A program made the translations under genes and the position numbers. From Tepidisphaera sp. (lineage in GTDB: Bacteria; Planctomycetota; Phycisphaerae; Phycisphaerales; UBA1924), in NCBI GenBank assembly GCA_050916045.1, contig CP051526.1, positions 3,616,001-3,680,000 on the forward strand: a stretch of 64,000 nucleotides of DNA, given 5' to 3'. The notes under the pieces were generated by a model that was given only the letters and a program-made list of their open reading frames with translations, searched no databases and was not told where the DNA came from. Within the stretch, counting starts at the first letter, position 1. Each line of letters starts with the position of its first letter. Shown here in pieces: positions 57,402-64,000 of this stretch.

Positions 57402-58652
57402 TCACCCCACCGCCGCCGGCGCCTTCAGCGAAGCCGGCCCCAGCGTCTGTACCGTCACGCGGCCAAGCTTGCGCCGCGCGAGATACGCGTTGACCTGATC
57501 AACCGTCACCTTGTCCACCGCGTCGGCCAGTTCGCGGAGTGATCGGGCCCGGCCCAGCCGGTACTGATCGCTGACCAGCGCGCCGGCGCGGGCACCGGTG
57601 GATTCCCCGGAGAAGACGAGCCTGCTCTTCATCCCCACCACCGCTCGGCCAAGTTCCTCGCTCGTCACCCGGCCGGCCGGCGTTCCGATGCGCTCGAGCT
57701 CGCCAAAGAGAACATCCAAGGACTCCTGCGCACGCTCGGGGGTCGTCCCGACGTACGCCGTCACGGTGCCGAAGTCGCGCTCGCCCCGATACCCGGCGCT
57801 GACCGAGTAGCAGAGCGCCCGCTTCTCCCGAACCTCGCTGAACAATCGACCGGACATCCCGCCCGAAAGAACCGACGCCACAACCTTCTCAAGCACCGCG
57901 TCGGGCTCGGATTCCTTCGGGCCGTCGTGCGCGACCACGATCTGGACCTGGTTGCTCTCATCGGTCTCGTGCGCGTATCCGCGCGGGGCTTCGCCGCCGA
58001 GCGCCGGCTCAGGGTGACCACCCGACCATCCACCGAGCAGCTGTTCGAGCTGGCGGCGCAAAGCCACGGGATCGACGCTTCCGGCGACGGCCATGATCGA
58101 TCGGCCGGGGTTTGCCGCGGCTTTCCATCCGTGCGCAAGCTCATGGTGCGTCAGAGCTTGGATTCCTTCGGCGGTCCCGAGACCCGAGCGATTCAGGGGC
58201 GCTCGATGGTGACGGGCTCCGAGCGCGACCATCGCCCGCTCCTGCGGCTCATCCTTCAGAGACTCGATGGCTTGCAGCGCGAGGTCCTTCGAGGGTTCGA
58301 CGGAGTCTTCGTCGAGTTTGGGGGCCCGCACCATATCGACCAGCAGCGGGAGCGACTCCTTGAGTCGGTCGCCGAGCATGGTCGCGCCGATGCGCATCGT
58401 CATGCCACCGACGGAGACGGACCGCGAGCATCCGAGGCGATCGAACACGTCGGCTTGCGACCGAGAATCGAGCGAACCCGCGCCGCGCATGAGCATCTCC
58501 TGCCACACCGCTGCTCGCCCGAGCCGATCGGCGGGATCCTCCGCCGCGCCGCCGGGCACGAGCCAACTCAAAGCCGCGGACCGCACCCCGGCGATCGGTT
58601 CGATCACAAGCGTCATACCGCAGGACAACACCACCGTCTCGATCGATGCCAT
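57402..58652 (-). CDS. M16 (insulinase) family protein, non-catalytic subunit
   Basis: GGMSGRLFSEVREKRALCYSV; HxxEH is replaced by AVWQEM; GGAGG SD. Confidence 0.9.
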   Translation of the reverse strand: MASIETVVLSCGMTLVIEPIAGVRSAALSWLVPGGAAEDPADRLGRAAVWQEMLMRGAGSLDSRSQADVFDRLGCSRSVSVGGMTMRIGATMLGDRLKESLPLLVDMVRAPKLDEDSVEPSKDLALQAIESLKDEPQERAMVALGARHHRAPLNRSGLGTAEGIQALTHHELAHGWKAAANPGRSIMAVAGSVDPVALRRQLEQLLGGWSGGHPEPALGGEAPRGYAHETDESNQVQIVVAHDGPKESEPDAVLEKVVASVLSGGMSGRLFSEVREKRALCYSVSAGYRGERDFGTVTAYVGTTPERAQESLDVLFGELERIGTPAGRVTSEELGRAVVGMKSRLVFSGESTGARAGALVSDQYRLGRARSLRELADAVDKVTVDQVNAYLARRKLGRVTVQTLGPASLKAPAAVG

Positions 58653-58815
58653 GGAACCTCCGATGACGAAGTCTATCGGACCAGTCGAGCGGCCGGTACA
58701 GACCGCCGATCCCCCCCGCGCTGTCGGCCGGACGCGACCTGACGGCCGCCGCCGCACGCCTGCTCGACTCCGGCCCGAGCGTATCCGATGCTCTCTGGAG
58801 AAGGTCGGACCATCC

Positions 58816-59355
58816 ATGAGTCATCTGGTCAACATCTCCGCGCTGGGTTGCCTCCTGGCGGGTGCTGCGGTCTTCGGGACCAAAGCCTGGAACGAATACA
58901 CCCTGAAATCGCAGGTTTCTGACTGTGAAACGGCCCTTTCAGGCCTGCGGCAGATGATCAAGCGCCACGCGGGCCTCGGCGACGAGACGCTGACCGGCCG
59001 CGGCTGGCCGGTCACCATCCAGCCCAACTGGTTCGACACAGGCGCGCCCCGCAACCCGTTCCTGAACGGCGATCGTCCATGGATCGAGATCGCCACGCCC
59101 GACGAGGCGCTCCTCATGCACCCCTTCGTCCGCTGCGACACTTCAGGATCGCGCGCCGAGTTCTGGTACAACCCTTACCTGGGCATCGTCCGCGCCCGCG
59201 TGCCGTACCTTCGGACCGACCGCGAGACGATCGCGCTGTACAACGACATCAACGATTCGGATCTGTCGTCGCTCTTCAGCGCGCCGCCGATCTCCGACCC
59301 CGCGACGATGGCGATCGTCGAGAGCGGGATCGTTCCCGGTGACAGCGCACCATGA
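58816..59355 (+). CDS. Hypothetical membrane-anchored pilin-like protein
   Basis: N-terminal TM; helix, WP..I...WF...PRNP and FWYNP..GIVRA. The pilin likeness is tentative. Confidence 0.7.
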   Translation: MSHLVNISALGCLLAGAAVFGTKAWNEYTLKSQVSDCETALSGLRQMIKRHAGLGDETLTGRGWPVTIQPNWFDTGAPRNPFLNGDRPWIEIATPDEALLMHPFVRCDTSGSRAEFWYNPYLGIVRARVPYLRTDRETIALYNDINDSDLSSLFSAPPISDPATMAIVESGIVPGDSAP

Positions 59356-59500
59356 TCTCGAAAAAAATTTGAAGAAAGTGTTGTGGAAAACTCCAGAGAG
59401 AGGACACATCGAGCCGACCATCCGATAATGTGACACGGTGCTCGGGTTGCTGCGTGTCGCGGCACTGGCCCGAGCGGAGTTCACCTTTAGGAGTTTCACC

Positions 59501-59569
59501 ATGGCCAAGAAAGCAAAGAAGAAAGCCAAGAAGAAAGCCGCTAAGAAGACCACCAAGAAGAAGGCCTGA
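59501..59569 (+). CDS. 22-aa Lys/Ala histone H1-like microprotein MAKKAKKKAKKKAAKKTTKKKA
   Basis: AGGAG SD 7 nt before ATG; clean in-frame Lys/Ala codons; hairpin after the stop. Confidence 0.7.
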   Translation: MAKKAKKKAKKKAAKKTTKKKA

Positions 59570-59993
59570 CGAAAGCGCGGCGTTCATCGCCGCGACGCCT
59601 TGAGCCGGGAGATCTTCCCGCTCGTTGATCCGACGGCGCATCTCTCGGGATCGTTTCCGGATCAACCGTCCTCTCGGGCCTCTCACGAGGCTCGCCATTT
59701 CAGAATCGTCGCCGACCCCGACTCGTTCACAGCGCCTCTCCGAGGTGCGGCGAGAAACCGAGGTCGGCCCCGGTTCCGAAGCCTCACCCTGCTCCGCCTC
59801 TCCCGCCGACGTGCCTGCACAACCTGCATGCACCACCTGGCGGAACGCGAGAAGCAGGGTCCCCAAGCAAGGCGTTCGGTTCCGAGTTTCACAAGAGCAA
59901 CAGCGACCGATGTCGCGGGGCCGGTTCAGCCGGCCCCGCCGTCGTTTTGCAATTCGTCGCCCGCTCTAAATGCATGCAATTCAATGACTTACG

Positions 59994-61319
59994 CTAGCCG
60001 CCCCGCCCGGCCCGCTCGCGCTGCTCGTCCCACTTTTCCGCCGGCCCCGCTTCCCACGCTTCACCCGCCTTGATCCACTGAAGCAGTTCCTCCCGTTCGC
60101 TCGCCGACAAAGTCACGACCCGGTCGCGGATGAACTCGAGGCAAGCCCGGACCTCCGCTCGCTCCTGCTTCTCAAGCCCGGACCATGCACCCTCTCGGGC
60201 CTCGTCGCTGGGCGGGTTCCACTCCTGGCCCGGTCGCTTGGGTCCGATGACCGTGCCCCAGTATCGCAAGAGCTTGATCGTGCACCAACGGACCATCTTC
60301 CGGCCGTAGAGCTCATCAACCCATCCCGGCGGTGCTCCCTCGCTTCGGATTGCTTCAGCGATCGCCGGCAGACGGCTTTGCTTCTCGCGTTCACCGGCCT
60401 CGAACCGCGGCGGGGGGTTCCACACCGGCGGAAAGTCGGCTCTCTCGCTCGCGATCAGCATCCGAATCCCGTCCTGCATCCTCCCTTCGGTCATCAAGCT
60501 CTCGAAGTGCGTCCGGTTTCGCGGCTGTACCTGCATCGATGGAAGCAGGCTCGCCCACGCGAGAACCGCCGCCATCGCGACTCCGACCGCGAATCGAGGC
60601 ATCGGCTTCCGAGCGCCGAGCGACGGGATCGTCCACTTCCGGGCGTTCCTGAACAGCGCGATCGAGCCCACGATCAGCCAAACTGGTGCCGAGAACACCG
60701 CAAACGCGTACGCGAGCACAGCCGTTTCCGCCACGATCTTGATCTCTTCCGGCTGCTGAAGCCCGCCCATCACGTCAAGCGTCGGCACCGGCATGGTCAT
60801 CAGCGCCGCGATCGCCACCGCGTCGCAGTAGATCATCATCGCGAAGAACGTCCCCGCGCCCCCGCTCTTCCCCTCAACACTCCAAAGCACGTTCAGCACC
60901 CGCGCCATCCACACCACCCGCACCACCGAAACCACCGCCAGCGACCACATGTTCGCCGCCACCGCCGCCGGCGCGGGCAGGAACTGCTCGTAAGGCACGC
61001 CGTAGACCCACCCCATCGGCGCCGCGAGCATGAACACGCCCAAGACCGACAAGTACGACCGCCAGAATGGTGGACGCGGGCTTTCCGATCCCAAAGCCCA
61101 GAACAACAGGTGGATCCCGAAAGCGTTCACCATCGCCGCCGCCACGCCGTGAAGCAGCTCGTACGGCTCGGCGAGCAGGTCCACCGTGTCGTACTTCCGG
61201 GCCAGACTCGCGCTCAGCACCAGAACGAACCCGACCAGAAGCGTCCATCGCGTGCTGGCGGCTTCCAGAATCGCTTCGCGGTTCCCGATGAGCACCCGCC
61301 AGGGCGTGGACCACTTCAT
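59994..61319 (-). CDS. Multi-pass membrane hypothetical protein
   Basis: About 7 TM; GGAGG SD; ATGA overlap with the upstream radical SAM gene. Confidence 0.8.
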   Translation of the reverse strand: MKWSTPWRVLIGNREAILEAASTRWTLLVGFVLVLSASLARKYDTVDLLAEPYELLHGVAAAMVNAFGIHLLFWALGSESPRPPFWRSYLSVLGVFMLAAPMGWVYGVPYEQFLPAPAAVAANMWSLAVVSVVRVVWMARVLNVLWSVEGKSGGAGTFFAMMIYCDAVAIAALMTMPVPTLDVMGGLQQPEEIKIVAETAVLAYAFAVFSAPVWLIVGSIALFRNARKWTIPSLGARKPMPRFAVGVAMAAVLAWASLLPSMQVQPRNRTHFESLMTEGRMQDGIRMLIASERADFPPVWNPPPRFEAGEREKQSRLPAIAEAIRSEGAPPGWVDELYGRKMVRWCTIKLLRYWGTVIGPKRPGQEWNPPSDEAREGAWSGLEKQERAEVRACLEFIRDRVVTLSASEREELLQWIKAGEAWEAGPAEKWDEQRERAGRGG

Positions 61320-62671
61320 GCACGACCTCCGTACCGATTCCCCCAAACCTCTCGCCGGATCTCCGCCCGCTTACCCGCGGGTCCCGCACCGTGAGCCATC
61401 GCGACCACGTTCCGGAATCCCCTCTCCAGCTCATCGACCGTCATCCGGTCCGGCACGAACGTCGCGTCAAAGAGCGTGCACGACGACCACCCGCGATCCG
61501 AAATCAGCCGCCCCTCACGCTCCAGCCTCGCTCGCAGCGCCGTCCCCGGGAACGCTGTCAGCATCGTCACCTGCACATCCGCAAGCGGGATCTCCGACAA
61601 GAGCTCGCCCAAAGCCGCCATCGACTCGTGTGTCTCGCCGTCGGACCCCACGATAAAGCAGCCGATCACCGCGACGCCGGCATCCTGCATCGCCAAGCAC
61701 GCATCAAGCACCCGGGCCTGGTCCGCCCGCTTCGCACCCATCCCCGCGTGCCCGTGCACCATGCTTTCAAACCCGACGAGCACCTGAACACACCCGGAAC
61801 CCGCCAGATCCCGCAGGACATCCGGCTTCTCGCCCAGACGCCAGTCAACCTCGGTGAAGTACCGCGCTCCCGAATCCGCGAGCACCTGGAGCAGGTCTCC
61901 CATCGGCCGCTTGCCCGCGAAGGTGTTGTCGTCCGCGAGCTCGATGACGGGTTTGGAGCCATGAATCCGCACGATCTCGCGGAGTTCCGCGGCGACTCGC
62001 TCCGCCGGCTTCTCCCGAAAGGGCCCCAGCATCCGGCTCGCCCCGCAAAAGTCGCACGCGAGCGGGCACCCGCGCTGGGTCTGCACCGTGAACCGCGGCC
62101 GCTCCTTCGTTCCGAGCAGGTCGTATCGCGGCATCGGCGACTGGGCGAGGTTGAACGGCGCTTGGGGCTCATAGATCCCGTACATGTGTCCGGCTTGGGC
62201 ATCCTCAAGCACGGTCGCCCACGTCGCTTCACCATCCCCCACCACCACCGCATCCGCAAACCGAGCCGCTTCCTGCGGACACACCGTCGCGTGCAAGCCG
62301 CCGATCACCGTCGCGATCATCTCCCCGCGGAGCACCTCGCACAACCGATACGCATCCTCGACCGACGCGGTCAGGGCGCTGATGGCGACAAAGGTCGGCT
62401 TCTCGCGGACCACCGCCTGCACCAGCGTCGCCATGGGGCCGACCGGCTTGCCATTCGCGTCAAAGCGTTCGCCGCTCTCGACGCCGGGTGCTTCGTGATA
62501 CGAAACCTCCCAAGGCTCGGGCGTCATGCCGGCAAGCGTCAGAAGTCCCAGAGCCGGAAGTCCGCCCAGAGCCTCCGCTCGATCGGTCAACCCCGGGAGG
62601 GTCATGCCCAACGCGAGCATCTCCGCCCGCCGCACACGAAACCCATGCATCGCGATCATCGCCACCCGCAT
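61316..62671 (-). CDS. B12-binding domain radical SAM protein
   Basis: LGLLTLAG, IGGLHAT, GDGE and TQRGCPLACDFC (CxxxCxxC) motifs. Confidence 0.93.
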   Translation of the reverse strand: MRVAMIAMHGFRVRRAEMLALGMTLPGLTDRAEALGGLPALGLLTLAGMTPEPWEVSYHEAPGVESGERFDANGKPVGPMATLVQAVVREKPTFVAISALTASVEDAYRLCEVLRGEMIATVIGGLHATVCPQEAARFADAVVVGDGEATWATVLEDAQAGHMYGIYEPQAPFNLAQSPMPRYDLLGTKERPRFTVQTQRGCPLACDFCGASRMLGPFREKPAERVAAELREIVRIHGSKPVIELADDNTFAGKRPMGDLLQVLADSGARYFTEVDWRLGEKPDVLRDLAGSGCVQVLVGFESMVHGHAGMGAKRADQARVLDACLAMQDAGVAVIGCFIVGSDGETHESMAALGELLSEIPLADVQVTMLTAFPGTALRARLEREGRLISDRGWSSCTLFDATFVPDRMTVDELERGFRNVVAMAHGAGPAGKRAEIRREVWGNRYGGRA

Positions 62672-62742
62672 CACTTCAGCATACCGCCCGACCTGGGCAT
62701 CGTGTGCATCCGTCGCCCGCTTCACGTCGTGTACGATCACGC

Positions 62743-63834
62743 GTGTTCCGCCGCTTGGCTCTCCATCTCTCGGACCAGCTCGGCCTTTCCGGCCCGGACC
62801 AGCCATCCAAGCTGGCCGCGAACGATGAGCTTGTCTTCTTCCCGACCCTCGCCCGCCGCGAGACCGACGGTTCGGTGCTCATTCGCATCCACGGCTGGCT
62901 CTACCAGCCGGAAGATGACTCCCGCAAGCGCGAAGCTCTGCTCCGCACGCTCGCCAAGCTCTTCGCTCTGGGCGATTCAGATCCCTTTCCAGATGACGCC
63001 TACGCGACATTCCAAACGCGGGCCAAGCCATTCCTCGTCACCAACGAAGGCTGCAAACGCGTCGCGATCTCGATCGGCGGCCGCGTCTTCGTCATGCCCC
63101 GCTCGGGCTCGAACGGACACTTCGCCGGCGACCTGCTCCTCGACGCGGAGGCCGCAAAGCGAGCGGCTTCGGCTTCCGGCGATGCGATCGAGTTTTACGC
63201 GACGCTTCCGCCATCGCCCGGCACCACCCGGGATCGCGTCATCCGCGGAAGAGCAGCCCTTCTCGCAAGCACCGGAGTCTCCGTCGTGTCGGATATCGAC
63301 GACACGATCAGGCATTCGAGCGTCCAAAGCAAGCGTTTGCTGATCCGATCGACCTTCACCGAACCCTTCCGCCCCGTCGACGGAATGCCGGCGCTGCTGC
63401 GGCGGCTGGCTCCGCGAGCGGAAGACGCCGTGCACTACCTCTCCGCCGCTCCGTGGCAGCTCGGAGCGCCCATCGAAGCATTCCTCCGCGAGCACGGGTT
63501 TCCGCAGGGCTCGATCCATCTTCGCGCGATCCGGCTCAAGGACCGCTCGCTGCTCCAGCTCTTCAAGGAACCGACCGAGCACAAACTGACGTGCGTTCGC
63601 AAGCTGATGGCCCGCTGGCCCGAGCGGAGGTTCATCCTCGTCGGCGACAGCGGTGAGCAGGACCCGGAGATCTTCGCATTGCTCGCCCGCGAGCACCCCG
63701 GCCGCGTCGATCACGTCTACATCCGCGACACGACGGGGGAGTCGATGACTTCGTCGAGATACAAGCGGTCACTTTGGGCCGCGATGGATGAGCGGTGGAC
63801 GCTTTTCGTTGATGCGTCGGTCGTGAAGCCGTGA
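62743..63834 (+). CDS. App1-family phosphatidate phosphatase (DUF2183)
   Basis: VVSDIDDTIR, HYLSAAPW and FILVGDSGEQDPEI motifs. Confidence 0.88.
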   Translation: MFRRLALHLSDQLGLSGPDQPSKLAANDELVFFPTLARRETDGSVLIRIHGWLYQPEDDSRKREALLRTLAKLFALGDSDPFPDDAYATFQTRAKPFLVTNEGCKRVAISIGGRVFVMPRSGSNGHFAGDLLLDAEAAKRAASASGDAIEFYATLPPSPGTTRDRVIRGRAALLASTGVSVVSDIDDTIRHSSVQSKRLLIRSTFTEPFRPVDGMPALLRRLAPRAEDAVHYLSAAPWQLGAPIEAFLREHGFPQGSIHLRAIRLKDRSLLQLFKEPTEHKLTCVRKLMARWPERRFILVGDSGEQDPEIFALLAREHPGRVDHVYIRDTTGESMTSSRYKRSLWAAMDERWTLFVDASVVKP

Positions 63835-63872
63835 AGCCTTTCCGTGCGGCCGCCGCTCATCGAGTCGCGGCT

Positions 63873-64000
63873 TCATTTCGGTCTGGATTCGGTCCCGTTG
63901 CCGGGAATGCGGGCGCCGATCGCCATGAAGGGCTGCAAGCTCTCCCGGCCGTTCCCGTTCACCCAGCGGAACTCGTACTCACCATCGCGTTCTGAAATGG
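63873..64000 (-). CDS. Possible 3' end of a gene entering from beyond the window
   Basis: Open frame ...ISERDGEYEFRWVNGNGRESLQPFMAIGARIPGNGTESRPK*. Confidence 0.4.
   Translation of the reverse strand, partial: ISERDGEYEFRWVNGNGRESLQPFMAIGARIPGNGTESRPK

Noticed and set aside
1..64000. tRNA, rRNA, integrase, transposase or defence-system genes
   Set aside because: No recognisable motifs were found on either strand by eye; small RNAs could have been missed.

Overview
A 64-kb, high-GC bacterial chromosome segment, almost certainly from a Phycisphaerae-type planctomycete. Support comes from a PVC small basic protein, a TPR plus double RpoA-CTD protein, a prepilin/H-X9-DG protein, IPAPG/VPAPA PEP-CTERM-type proteins and many C-terminal Gly-Cys dockerin-like domains. 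About 50 genes are supported. They include housekeeping genes (nuoI, pdxA, aroC, S1-domain protein, aminotransferase, MATE, FKBP, ABC permease, M16 peptidase subunit, B12 radical SAM) and a large secretome. I saw no rRNA, tRNA, CRISPR array, integrase or transposase. The most notable observations are: (1) 11 unrelated secreted proteins share one near-identical dockerin-like anchor cassette, with signs of passenger swapping; (2) at least 13 genes have a TANNNT -10 box 5-7 nt before the start codon (leaderless), including one 18-bp bidirectional promoter; (3) a probable Pho-box-controlled phytate/phosphoester scavenging module; (4) a lipoprotein resembling animal GH56 hyaluronidases; (5) a 22-aa Lys/Ala histone-like micro-ORF absent from the ORF track; (6) an integration scar in the 3' end of an aminotransferase gene; (7) a GGCACCC REP-like palindrome family and a 21-bp tandem array around AT-richer accessory genes. 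All assignments come from reading motifs by eye; no searches were run.
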